NCBI GenBank assembly: GCA_045863295.1
Contig: BTWA01000001.1
Coordinates: 1 to 64,000, forward strand
Reading direction: 5' to 3'
From: Candidatus Hydrogenedentota bacterium
GTDB lineage: Bacteria; Hydrogenedentota; Hydrogenedentia; Hydrogenedentales; SLHB01
DNA: 64,000 nt
Of the stretch, positions 38,931 to 48,732 are shown piece by piece (the stretch's first letter is position 1; each line of letters begins with the position of its first letter). A program made the position numbers and the translations under genes. The notes under the pieces were generated by a model. The model searched no databases. It was not told where the DNA came from and worked only from the letters and a program-made list of their open reading frames with translations.

Positions 38931-39195
38931 AAACCGGAGCGTTTTGTGCCTGGCAAGCGCGCTAGCCTACGGGCTCGGATTTCGCGATGAATCAAGCCGC
39001 TGGTTCTTCTGCAACGCGGCCGCCATACGACGTCGCGCCATCAGGAAGTGGCCCGGACCGCTTAATCCCGCTGAATGTGCATGACTGCGCGAACGGGACT
39101 CCAACCTCACGGGAATAACCACCGGGAATTCGATCCGGCGGACGGCCAATTGGTACGATCCCGAGACAGGAAAGTACGTCACAAGGAACAACGAC

Positions 39196-39600
39196 GTGAA
39201 CACAAACGAACTCATCAAGCAGTACTACGCTGCGTTTAATGCCGGCGACATGAACACATTTCTGGGCTTGCTGACCGAGGATGTCGTGCACGACATCAAC
39301 CAGGGTGGGCGGCAAATTGGCCGAGAGGCGTTTAGAACCTTCATGGACCGCATGAACGCCTCGTACAAAGAGGAGCTCGTGGACATCCTGATCATGACAA
39401 GCGATGACGGATCGCGCGCCGCGGCCGAGTTTACGGTACTGGGCAAGTATCTGAAAACCGACGAAGGCCTGCCCCCGGCCAAGGGCCAGACGTACCGCTT
39501 GCCCGCGGGCGCTTTCTTTGAGATTCGCGATGGCAAAGTCTCACGCGTAACCAACTACTATAACCTGCAAGACTGGCTTGCCCAGGTGAAGGAAGCCTGA
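39196..39600 (+). CDS. Ketosteroid isomerase-related (NTF2/SnoaL-like) protein
   Basis: YYAAFNAGD, DVVHDINQG, RAAAEF.V.G.Y..TDEGLP, RVTNYYN. Confidence 0.88.
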   Translation: MNTNELIKQYYAAFNAGDMNTFLGLLTEDVVHDINQGGRQIGREAFRTFMDRMNASYKEELVDILIMTSDDGSRAAAEFTVLGKYLKTDEGLPPAKGQTYRLPAGAFFEIRDGKVSRVTNYYNLQDWLAQVKEA

Positions 39601-40205
39601 TGTCCACGGAAGGCATAACCATCCGCACCTTGACCGGCAGAGCCATGCAGCCGTACTTGCCTGACTTGGCCCGCCTGCGAATCGCTGTCTTCCGGGATTT
39701 TCCTTACTTGTACGACGGCACCGTGGAATACGAAGAGAAATATCTGCAGACCTATCTCGAAACGTCTGAGAGCATCATCGTACTGGCACTGGAAGGCGAA
39801 AAAGTCATCGGCGCCTCCACCGGCTTGCCGCTGGACTGCGAAATCGATGATTTCATTAAGCCGGTGGCTGCGAACGGATACGACCCATCGCGCGTGTTCT
39901 ACTGCGGCGAGTCCGTCCTGCTCAAACCCTACCGCGGCCGAGGCCTATACAAATTCTTCTTTCAGGGCCGGGAAGATCACGCGCGCGCACTGGGCCGTTT
40001 TGAGTACACGGCCTTCTGCGGCGTGCAGCGCCCGATCGATCATCCACTTAGCCCACCCGACTACGAACCCCTCGATCCCATCTGGGAAAAGTTCGGCTAT
40101 GTAAAGCAACCGCACCTCATTGCGCGTTATGTCTGGAAAGACGTGGACAAAGACTCTGAAACGGCAAAGCCGATGGTCTTCTGGATGAAAAAGATCGTCC
40201 GTTAA
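39600..40205 (+). CDS. GNAT family acetyltransferase
   Basis: LARLRI.VFRDFPYLYDG, FYCGESVLLKPYRGRG; coupled to the upstream gene (TGATG). Confidence 0.88.
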   Translation: MSTEGITIRTLTGRAMQPYLPDLARLRIAVFRDFPYLYDGTVEYEEKYLQTYLETSESIIVLALEGEKVIGASTGLPLDCEIDDFIKPVAANGYDPSRVFYCGESVLLKPYRGRGLYKFFFQGREDHARALGRFEYTAFCGVQRPIDHPLSPPDYEPLDPIWEKFGYVKQPHLIARYVWKDVDKDSETAKPMVFWMKKIVR

Positions 40206-40280
40206 CGCGACTAGCCCGCATGTAGCGCCAAGCGCGCTTTTAGCATGGCGAGAAGCGCGGCAGCCCCGGGGAGAATACCG

Positions 40281-41708
40281 ATGCGTACCATGCCACTTCT
40301 GTTGGCGATTTGTCTGGTAAAGGCCATGAGTGCCTACGCCGAAGCCCCCTCCGGAGACGAGGCGCGCCAAGCCCTGAAACGCGCCGCCGTTTTCTTCAAT
40401 GAGACCGTGACCGTGGAAGGCGGCTACCTTTGGCGCTACAGCGCGGACCTGGCGCAGCGCGAAGGCGAGGTTAAGGCAACCGCAACGGAATCGTGGGTGC
40501 AACCGCCGGGAACGCCCACCGTCGGCGAAGCGTATCTCGCCGCGTACGAAGCGACCGGCGATCCGTACTACCTGGAAGCGGCTCGAAAATCCGCGCGCGC
40601 ACTCGTGCACGGCCAGTTGCAGTCTGGAGGCTGGGAGTACCGGCTCGAAGCCGGCACGGAGAAACGCAAAGCGTATGCGTTTCGCGCCGACAACAACGAA
40701 AGCGGCAAGAACGTATCCACGCTGGACGACAATACGACGCAAGCAGCTCTGCAATTCCTGATGAAGTTTGACAAGGCCGTTCAATTCAAGGATCCGTCTG
40801 TTCACGAGGCCGTCGAATATGCGCTTGCCAAGTTGATGGAGGTACAGTTTCCAAACGGTGCATGGCCGCAGCGCTTCAGCGGTCCCCTCGACCCCGCAGA
40901 GCACCCGGTCATTAAGGCAAGCTATCCAGAGTCCTGGTCAAGAGACTATGTGCAACGTTCATACTACGGCCACTATACATTCAATGACGGCGGAATTAGC
41001 GATACCATCGACACGATGCTGCTGGCACACGACATCTATGATATCACCGCCTACCGGGACTCTGCCATCAAAGCCGGCGATTTCATTTTGTTGGCCCAGA
41101 TGCCCGATCCCCAACCCGGATGGGCTCAACAGTACGATGCGAACATGCATCCCGCGTGGGCACGCAAGTTCGAGCCACCCGCAATTACCGGGGGAGAGTC
41201 CCAAGGCGTCATGCGTACTTTGATCCAGCTTTCTCTCAGAACCGGCGAGAGACGCTTTCTCGAACCGATTCCGCGCGCGCTGGCCTACTACCGCGCGTCC
41301 GTTCTGCCGGATGGCCGATTGGCCCGATTCTACGAACTGCAAACCAACCGGCCCCTATTTTTCACCAAGGACTATCAGCTTACCTACAGCAGCGATGACA
41401 TGCCCACACACTATTCGTTCATCACGTCGAACAGTCTCGACAGCATTCAAGACGAGTATGAAGTAGCTGTTCGCACGTTGGATGAAAAAGAGGGATCAAA
41501 AAAATCGGTACGCGTGCCACGCGCGGTGCCCGCCGATCCAGTCGCGGTGCGCGAAGCCATCGACGGTCTCGACGCACGAGGTGCCTGGGTAACCACCGGG
41601 CGTCTCCGGAGCGAAGGCGAGGACGGCGACACGCGGCAAATCATCGATAGCAGCGTGTTCTGCACCAACATTCGAATCTTGACTGCGTACATACGTGCCA
41701 GGCAATAG
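40281..41708 (+). CDS. Secreted pectate lyase-like protein (PL10-related)
   Basis: STLDDNTTQ, QFPNGAWPQ, TFNDG, GWAQQYD...PAWARKFEP, ARFYEL. Confidence 0.8.
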   Translation: MRTMPLLLAICLVKAMSAYAEAPSGDEARQALKRAAVFFNETVTVEGGYLWRYSADLAQREGEVKATATESWVQPPGTPTVGEAYLAAYEATGDPYYLEAARKSARALVHGQLQSGGWEYRLEAGTEKRKAYAFRADNNESGKNVSTLDDNTTQAALQFLMKFDKAVQFKDPSVHEAVEYALAKLMEVQFPNGAWPQRFSGPLDPAEHPVIKASYPESWSRDYVQRSYYGHYTFNDGGISDTIDTMLLAHDIYDITAYRDSAIKAGDFILLAQMPDPQPGWAQQYDANMHPAWARKFEPPAITGGESQGVMRTLIQLSLRTGERRFLEPIPRALAYYRASVLPDGRLARFYELQTNRPLFFTKDYQLTYSSDDMPTHYSFITSNSLDSIQDEYEVAVRTLDEKEGSKKSVRVPRAVPADPVAVREAIDGLDARGAWVTTGRLRSEGEDGDTRQIIDSSVFCTNIRILTAYIRARQ

Positions 41709-42007
41709 CGGCCAACCACGGATTTCACGAACAAAACTTAATGTCTCGGGGCCAAATTCCCGGAACACTCAGACGTGGCTGCAAACCGTCGCTTGTGCGT
41801 CACGCACCCTTTGGAATTGGCGAGCGTTGCATTCCAAACGTATTTGCCAATCCTCATAGAATGGAATGTCCCATTCGTGGAATTCGTGTTAACTCGGGGC
41901 TGAATTGTACCGCGTAAACTTGCTATACTCCCTCCGATTTTGTCCCCCTGGGGTACTCGATTCGCACTAAATACGCGGCTTTCCACGCCGTGACAAGGGG
42001 CTTTGCC

Positions 42008-43900
42008 ATGAGTTTTCCCATTCCAGTGAACGATTATGAGCCGCTGGTACTCGACCCGTCCCAACCGGCGCTGACGCCGGACCAGTTGGCCCACCTGCAA
42101 GGAAACGTGCAGCTCGTCCGCGACGTCATCATCTTCTACACCGCGATTGCCGGCATCAAAGGGCTCGCCGGCCACACCGGCGGCGCCTACAGCATCGTAC
42201 CGGAAGTGCTGATCGCCGATGCCTTCATGCGCGGAAGCGACAAGGTCTACCCCGCATTCTTCGACGAAGCAGGCCACCGCGTCGCGATTCAGTACGCCAT
42301 GGCGGCCTTCAACGGCCACATGCCCTTTGAAAAACTCTACCACTACCGCGAATACGGCCACGGCCTCTTTGGCCACCCGGAGTTGGAACCGGAAGAAGGC
42401 ATCATGTTCAGCTCTGGACGTCTCGGCCACCTGTGGCCGTTTGTCAATGGCGTGGCGTTGGCCCACCCCGGCAAAACCGTCTTCCTGTTCGGCAGCGACG
42501 GATCTCAAATGGAAGGCGACGACGCGGAAGCGGCCCGGCTTGCCGTAGCGCAGAAGCTGAATGTGAAACTCTGCATCGACGACAACAACGTGACCATTTC
42601 CGGTCATCCCAAGGATTATCTGCCGGGATACGACATCGGCAAGACACTCGCCGGCCACGGCCTCACCGTGGACGCGCACGACGCCGAAGATCTGGCCGCG
42701 CTTTACCAACGCATGCAAAAAGCAATGGCGACCGACGGGCCCGTCGCGCTGATTAACAAGCGCGTCATGGCGCCCGGCGTGCCCGGCATCGAAAACAACC
42801 ATGCTGGCCACGACGTGATCAAGAAAGACCACGCGGTCGCCTACCTCACCGCTCGAGGCCATACAGCGGCCGTGGACTATCTGAACAACGTCAAGGTGGA
42901 GAAGACGTCACAAACCTACCTGGGATCGTCCAAGGAAACTGCAGGCAACCGCGTGGAATTCGGCACCTACGTAAACGAAATCCTCGCGAAGATGACTCCC
43001 GAAGAGCGCAAGAGCAGCGTGATCGTCATTGACTCCGACCTCGAAGGCTCCACCGGGCTCAAAGCCATTCGCACCGCGCACCCCGATGTATGCATCAACG
43101 GCGGCGTGCAGGAACGCGGCAACTTCAGCGCGGCGGCGGGCTTCGGCTTTACGCCCGGCAAACAAGGCATCTTCAGCACCTTCTCGGCTTTCCTCGAAAT
43201 GATCGTGTCCGAGGCCACCATGGCGCGGTTGAACAAAGCCACTGCCATTTGCCACTTCTCCCATGCCGGCGTGGATGAAATCGCGGACAACACCTGCCAC
43301 TTTGGCATCAACGTATTCTTCGCCGATGCAGGTCTGGAAGACGACGACACAAAACTCTACTTCCCCGGCGATGCACTACAACTGAAAGCCCTGCTGTACA
43401 AAATCTGGAACGACCGTGGGCTTCGCTACGTGTTCACGAACCGCTCGAAGATTCCGTTTATCCTCAACGAAGACGGATCGAAATTCTACGACGGCAATTA
43501 CACATTTACTCCCGGGAAAGACGAGATCATTCGCAAAGGCACGGCGGGCTACGTCGTGTCCTATGGCGAATTGCTGTACCGGGCATTGGACGCCGTCGAG
43601 CAGGCGCGCAAAGCCGGCATCGACGTCGGCCTTATCAACAAACCGACCCTGAACGTGGTGGACGAAGAGACCACGGCCATCGCGGGCAAATCCCCGTTTG
43701 TACTCGTTGTTGAAGGACAGAATCTCAAGACCGGCCTCGGCGCGCGCTACGGCACATGGCTCATCGAACGCGGTCTCACGCCCAAGTTCGCGCGCATGGG
43801 CGTTACCAAACCCGGCTGCGGCGGTATCGAAGAACAAGTCCCCTTCCAGGGACTCGCGCCGTATGACATTCTCGAAAAGATCAAAGCGATGGGCGCGTAA
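42008..43900 (+). CDS. Single-chain transketolase-like ThDP enzyme
   Basis: GHTGGA, LFGHPE, SGRLGH, variant ThDP motif SDG...DDNN, GVQE, STFSAF, SHAG. Confidence 0.85.
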   Translation: MSFPIPVNDYEPLVLDPSQPALTPDQLAHLQGNVQLVRDVIIFYTAIAGIKGLAGHTGGAYSIVPEVLIADAFMRGSDKVYPAFFDEAGHRVAIQYAMAAFNGHMPFEKLYHYREYGHGLFGHPELEPEEGIMFSSGRLGHLWPFVNGVALAHPGKTVFLFGSDGSQMEGDDAEAARLAVAQKLNVKLCIDDNNVTISGHPKDYLPGYDIGKTLAGHGLTVDAHDAEDLAALYQRMQKAMATDGPVALINKRVMAPGVPGIENNHAGHDVIKKDHAVAYLTARGHTAAVDYLNNVKVEKTSQTYLGSSKETAGNRVEFGTYVNEILAKMTPEERKSSVIVIDSDLEGSTGLKAIRTAHPDVCINGGVQERGNFSAAAGFGFTPGKQGIFSTFSAFLEMIVSEATMARLNKATAICHFSHAGVDEIADNTCHFGINVFFADAGLEDDDTKLYFPGDALQLKALLYKIWNDRGLRYVFTNRSKIPFILNEDGSKFYDGNYTFTPGKDEIIRKGTAGYVVSYGELLYRALDAVEQARKAGIDVGLINKPTLNVVDEETTAIAGKSPFVLVVEGQNLKTGLGARYGTWLIERGLTPKFARMGVTKPGCGGIEEQVPFQGLAPYDILEKIKAMGA

Positions 43901-43958
43901 GTCAACGCGAGAGCCGTATAGCAAGTATACGAGTGAGACACTTTCACCGTCACGTACG

Positions 43959-43988
43959 TCCCCTCCCGACAGGGAGGGGATTTTTTTT
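43959..43988 (+). terminator. Rho-independent terminator
   Basis: TCCCCTCCC-GACA-GGGAGGGGA followed by T8. Confidence 0.9.
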
Positions 43989-44056
43989 GGTAAGGCCGTT
44001 TTGACGACCCCATCTCGCTGAACAGATAAATCGAAGCCGGTTGTGGCCTTGCCTCA

Positions 44057-44222
44057 CGAGCATGCCATTGCGCCCGACCGGGAGGTTTCCCTGTTCTTGC
44101 CGCTTTCGTCCGATGCAAAGAGGAGGTCGCACATTGCCCCATACTGTCCTCTTCATTGTCGCCACGGCGGGCTTCGAAACCGCAAGCGAGCTTGCTTGGG
44201 TAAGGCGGCAGCAAGCTACCGC
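44057..44222 (+). repeat. 166-bp direct repeat, left copy
   Basis: CGAGCATGCCATTGCG...CAAGCTACCGC; about 7 mismatches to 49851-50016 by manual alignment. Confidence 0.95.
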
Positions 44223-44692
44223 GGTCCAAAAAAAGCGCAGACTTGATGTGAGGATTGCCGCGTTGGCTTGATTCCATTCTGGTTGACTTCGCATCCTTTT
44301 TTGGCCGTTCCCTACCTTTATGTCCCGCTTGTTGCAGTTTGCAGGAGGATGTACCGAGTGGATTGGCTCGGTACGTCGGATTCAAACGAGGGGTTACAAA
44401 AATGTACACCGGCAATAACGTAAGCATTGACAATGAGTTTGGGTGTTGCTCCACGGTTGCGAGTCTGATCTTATCCGATCTTTGAGGGACTCGATTTGCG
44501 TACGCTCTAACGTTGGAAACAAAAGAAGCACATCGGTTAAACCGACTTGCGGGAAGAAATCGTACGTCAAGGCATCGGACAATTGGGGCTGCAGTAAGCT
44601 GGAATACCGATGAGAGCAAATTGATTGCAGGTTTAGACCTACGACAAAATCTACGTATACTACCTGGCTAGGCAAAAGGGGCAACTCCACAG

Positions 44693-47600
44693 ATGCAGTT
44701 TCTGAAGAATGGACCAGACGTTCCTGATCGACTGCTTCAAGATCACGAAGAAGGAAGAGTCGTCTTTTTCTGTGGTGCTGGAATTTCCTACCCGGCCGGA
44801 CTGCGAGGATTTAATTGGCTTGTTGACGAAGTGTATGGCCATTTCAACATCGTGCCCAACTCAGTTCAGGAGGCCGCAAGAAAATCGGGTAGATTCGATA
44901 TGGCAATTGGCTTATTGGAGTCGGAAGTACCTGGGGGCAGGTTAGCGGTACGGGAGGCTATCAGAAATTTCCTATTGCCAAAGTCGCTTAATCGGAAAGC
45001 CACTGAGACTCACCAAGCGCTGCTCACTTTGAGCAAGAACCGCGGCGGTGAATATCGGTTGATCACTACGAATTTCGACCGACTCTTCGAGGAATCAGCT
45101 TCACGGGATGGCCTAGAATTCGAGCGATTCGCGGCTCCAATGTTACCTATACCCAAACAAAAAAGAATCAACGGCCTAGTTTACCTTCACGGTTTGTTAC
45201 CAGCGACATCAGACACAAATGCGCTACAAAGACTGGTCATTTCGAGTGGAGATTTTGGGCTTGCGTACTTAACTGAACGTTGGGCCGCCCGGTTTGTTGG
45301 CGAGATTTTTCGTAATTTCACCGTTTGTTTTGTGGGATACAGCATAAATGATCCAGTACTTCGCTATATGATGGATGCTCTGGCCGCGGACAAGCTATTA
45401 GGCGAGGCGTCGCCTGAATTTTTCGCATTCGGCGAATATAAGATAGGTCACAGAGAAAAGGCGGAAAGCGAGTGGAAAGCGAAGAATGTTACCCCAATTC
45501 TCTATAAGTTGAATAAGGCACACTCGCTACTTCACAAAACGTTAAGCGAGTGGGCGCGTACGTATCGAGACGGGGTTCAGGGCAAGGAAAGAATTGTCTC
45601 ACAATATGCGTTGGCGATGCCGACATCCAGTACGGAGCAGGACGACTTTGTGGGGAGGATGTTGTGGGCAATAAGCGACCTGAGCGGCTCTCCTGCCAAG
45701 CATTTTGCCGAGTTTAAGCCTGCCCCGCCTCTGGATTGGCTTGAGTACTTCTATTTCAAGAGATATAGGCATGCTGATTTAATTAGATTTGGAGTTCGGC
45801 CTAATAATGACGTGGATGACAAATTAACCTTTAGCGTTGCGGAAAGACCTTGTCCATATGCTCTAGCGCCGTGGATGCGATTGCTAGGATCTGGCACTTC
45901 CGGCGCAAGTTGGGACAATATCCAACAAAACTTGGCGCGATGGCTTTCAAGGCATCTGGGAGACCCTCGATTGATTCTGTGGCTCACCAAGTATGGTGGC
46001 CACATACATCAAGAACTGGCGCGCACAATTCAGGCGGAACTTTCCAGGATTCAGAGGCTTCAGCAGAACGCGAACAGCGCTTCACTCCAGCAAATCTTGG
46101 ACGCATCTCCAAACGGAGTACCTGATGACCGTTTGTACTCAATTTGGAGAATGGTCTTGGACGGCCAAACAGCAGCCAACGGCAATCAGTTTGGTCTCTA
46201 CGATTGGTTTGGAAAATTGGCGCACAGTGGTTTGACTGCCAGCCTCCGTGTAGAGCTACGGAGGCTTCTGGCGCCGCGCGTGATGTTCAGGGCCGCATTT
46301 CATGTACCTGACAACAGTAACGCAACTCAAGGGAGGCCAGAAAAGGAAGAAATTGAATGGGACCTAGTACTGGCAACGAGACATGTTCATTCCACAATCA
46401 GTGACCATGGGAACGATGCGGCTTGGCTCAAAGTTATAGGTAACATTTATCCGGATATTTTTCCGCTACTACGAGACGCACTGGACTTGATGCGTGATCT
46501 TGGGGGGGCCGACGACAAATTCGACAGATCCTATATCGACCACCCTTCAATACCGAATCACCCTCAGAACCACAATTTTCATGATTGGACGGTATTGATA
46601 GTTCTTCTCCGAGACTCTTGGTGCGCCATTGCAAAGCAAGACATTGTACGAGCACGACGTTATGCCGAGGACTGGTTTGAAATGCCTTATCCACTATTTA
46701 AGCGACTCGCATTTTTTGCAGCGAGAAGCGAGAATGTAATTGAGAAAGAACAGGCTGTCGCGTGGATACTTTCTGACAACGGTTGGTGGCTCTGGTCAAC
46801 AGCTACTCAAAGAGAGGTTATTCGCTTACTGGCTTGGATTGGCGTCAGGCTTGAGCGGTCGGAATTGAAAAATCTGGAAAATGCGATATTGGCTGGACCC
46901 CCGAGGGAAATGTTCAAAGACGACCTTTCCGTTGAGGATTGGAATAGAATAATTGATAGGATAATTTGGCTGCGGTTAGCGAAGTTGGTAGACGCAGGAA
47001 CTCAACTTGGAACTGAAGCATTAGCCAAGTATAGAGAAATATCTGAAAGAAGATCTGAGTGGAGAATAGCTGAGGATGAACGTGACGAGTTTCCCTTTTG
47101 GCTAGGTGACGGTGATGACGGGCGAAGCTACACAGCTACTCCAATTCATCGACGAGAACTTGTGGAATGGCTAAAGCTAAATCAAACCGAAGACCATTGG
47201 GATGAAGACAATTGGCAAGAAAGGTGCAGACGAGAGTTCGGCACGACATTCTGTGCTCTCTATTCACTCTCTTGCGAAAGCCTTTGGATTGTTGATCGTT
47301 GGCGGCAGGCCATTAATGCTTGGTCAGAAGAGAGTCTGGCTTACCGGCGTTGGAGATGGGTTGGCCCCGTGCTGTGGAACGCTCCAGACGATATCCTGAT
47401 TTCGCTATCACCCGGTCTTAGTAGGTGGTTGAATCTTGTCGCAAAGAAAGGTGAGGGCGCGTCGGTTCCCTTGCTGGCCTTTTTAGCCAGAATGCTGCAT
47501 TTAGATTACGAAGAGAAAGGCGTACACAAAGATTACGTTACCCACGCCTTGAACCATCCACTCGGAAGGACAGTAGACGCGGTCATCAAGATGTGGTACC

Positions 47601-48481
47601 GCCAGGGGTTGCAAGATGACCAGTCCTTGACAAGTCCGTACCGCGAATGGTTCACAGAGATATGTGATACAAGCAACATTGCTTTTCGCAATGGCCGCGT
47701 ACATTTAGCCGTTCACACAATGACGCTTTTCCGAGTCGACGAGGATTGGTGTAAGAGCCGCTTCTTGCCTTTGTTTGACTGGAACGTAAACGAATTGGAG
47801 GCTACCGCTGTTTGGCAGGGGTTTCTTTGGTCTCCACGCATTCATCACCCATTACTGGAGGCATTTAAGCAGTCGTTCTTGGCATGTTCTCATCATTACA
47901 CGGAACTCGGAGACTTTGGTAGTCAATACGCAAGATTCCTTACCTATGTTGCCCTTGATTCGGCGGATGTGTTCTCAGAAGGCGATCTGCGTCTAGCATT
48001 TCGAGCTTTGCCGCCGCACGCAATTGCCATAGTTGCCGATACATTAGCGGAATCGCTTAAGAGTGCTGGTCCGCAAAAAGAACAACATTGGTCCAATCGA
48101 GTGTCGCCGTTCTTGAAGTCGGTTTGGCCGCAGGGAAACGAATACGCTACGAAGGACATCGTGGAGAGTTTAGCCGAACTCTGTATCGTAAGTGGTAAAA
48201 GTTTCCCCGAGGCTTTTGACCAGTTAAGGCACTGGCTGAAACCAATCAAGAATCTTCATGTTATCTGCGTGCTGCTCGTCAAGTCAGAATTGTGCAGTCG
48301 CCATCCTGCGGAGGCGTTGCAATTCTTGGCAAAGATTGTGGATCTAGAGGCTGACTGGCCACCTCAAGAGCTTGAGCAATGCCTCAATGAAATCGTGTCC
48401 GCGTCGCCAGAACTTCTTGATGCGCCCTCAGTTCGGCAAATTAGAGAGTATCTTCACCGGATGCGTGGCAGGCTCGCATAG
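44693..48481 (+). CDS. dsr1: Anti-phage defence-associated sirtuin, Dsr1-type (SIR2 NADase plus long helical C-terminus)
   Basis: MQF..NGPD.P..LLQ.HEEGRVVFFCGAGIS, TTNFD, YLHG, SSGDFGLAYLTERWAARFV, FVGYSINDP; 1262 aa; visibly lower GC. Confidence 0.88.
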   Translation: MQFLKNGPDVPDRLLQDHEEGRVVFFCGAGISYPAGLRGFNWLVDEVYGHFNIVPNSVQEAARKSGRFDMAIGLLESEVPGGRLAVREAIRNFLLPKSLNRKATETHQALLTLSKNRGGEYRLITTNFDRLFEESASRDGLEFERFAAPMLPIPKQKRINGLVYLHGLLPATSDTNALQRLVISSGDFGLAYLTERWAARFVGEIFRNFTVCFVGYSINDPVLRYMMDALAADKLLGEASPEFFAFGEYKIGHREKAESEWKAKNVTPILYKLNKAHSLLHKTLSEWARTYRDGVQGKERIVSQYALAMPTSSTEQDDFVGRMLWAISDLSGSPAKHFAEFKPAPPLDWLEYFYFKRYRHADLIRFGVRPNNDVDDKLTFSVAERPCPYALAPWMRLLGSGTSGASWDNIQQNLARWLSRHLGDPRLILWLTKYGGHIHQELARTIQAELSRIQRLQQNANSASLQQILDASPNGVPDDRLYSIWRMVLDGQTAANGNQFGLYDWFGKLAHSGLTASLRVELRRLLAPRVMFRAAFHVPDNSNATQGRPEKEEIEWDLVLATRHVHSTISDHGNDAAWLKVIGNIYPDIFPLLRDALDLMRDLGGADDKFDRSYIDHPSIPNHPQNHNFHDWTVLIVLLRDSWCAIAKQDIVRARRYAEDWFEMPYPLFKRLAFFAARSENVIEKEQAVAWILSDNGWWLWSTATQREVIRLLAWIGVRLERSELKNLENAILAGPPREMFKDDLSVEDWNRIIDRIIWLRLAKLVDAGTQLGTEALAKYREISERRSEWRIAEDERDEFPFWLGDGDDGRSYTATPIHRRELVEWLKLNQTEDHWDEDNWQERCRREFGTTFCALYSLSCESLWIVDRWRQAINAWSEESLAYRRWRWVGPVLWNAPDDILISLSPGLSRWLNLVAKKGEGASVPLLAFLARMLHLDYEEKGVHKDYVTHALNHPLGRTVDAVIKMWYRQGLQDDQSLTSPYREWFTEICDTSNIAFRNGRVHLAVHTMTLFRVDEDWCKSRFLPLFDWNVNELEATAVWQGFLWSPRIHHPLLEAFKQSFLACSHHYTELGDFGSQYARFLTYVALDSADVFSEGDLRLAFRALPPHAIAIVADTLAESLKSAGPQKEQHWSNRVSPFLKSVWPQGNEYATKDIVESLAELCIVSGKSFPEAFDQLRHWLKPIKNLHVICVLLVKSELCSRHPAEALQFLAKIVDLEADWPPQELEQCLNEIVSASPELLDAPSVRQIREYLHRMRGRLA

Positions 48482-48557
48482 AGACTGACAGCGCACTATC
48501 CGCTAGCTGTTTTCACCTTTCCCATTGTGCAATTCCCGCCTATCACTTGCCTTTCGT

Positions 48558-48602
48558 CCAAAGCGGTGTCGCCGCTTGTCAGCTTTGCCACCGCACTCCA
48601 TA
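48558..48602. repeat. REP-like palindrome downstream of dsr1
   Basis: CCAAAGCGGTGTC...TGCCACCGCACTCCA hairpin; same GCGG..CCGC..TCCA frame as the 3' end of the 166-bp repeats. Confidence 0.55.
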
Positions 48603-48732
48603 CCAGTGGCTGGCTTCCGTGGTGGTTGGTTTCGCTTGGGTGCCGCTATTGGGCTGATGTGGGAGGAGTGGTGTGTCGCCTCATGTGCCTTCAGTGCAAC
48701 ACGCCGGGCTTGTTAATAGGAGGATAATTCCT

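Noticed and set aside
44041..44294. Short ORFs overlapping the 166-bp repeats (also 49740-50080)
   Set aside because: They appear in several frames with different starts and ends between copies and lack recognisable motifs; they are by-products of the repeat.
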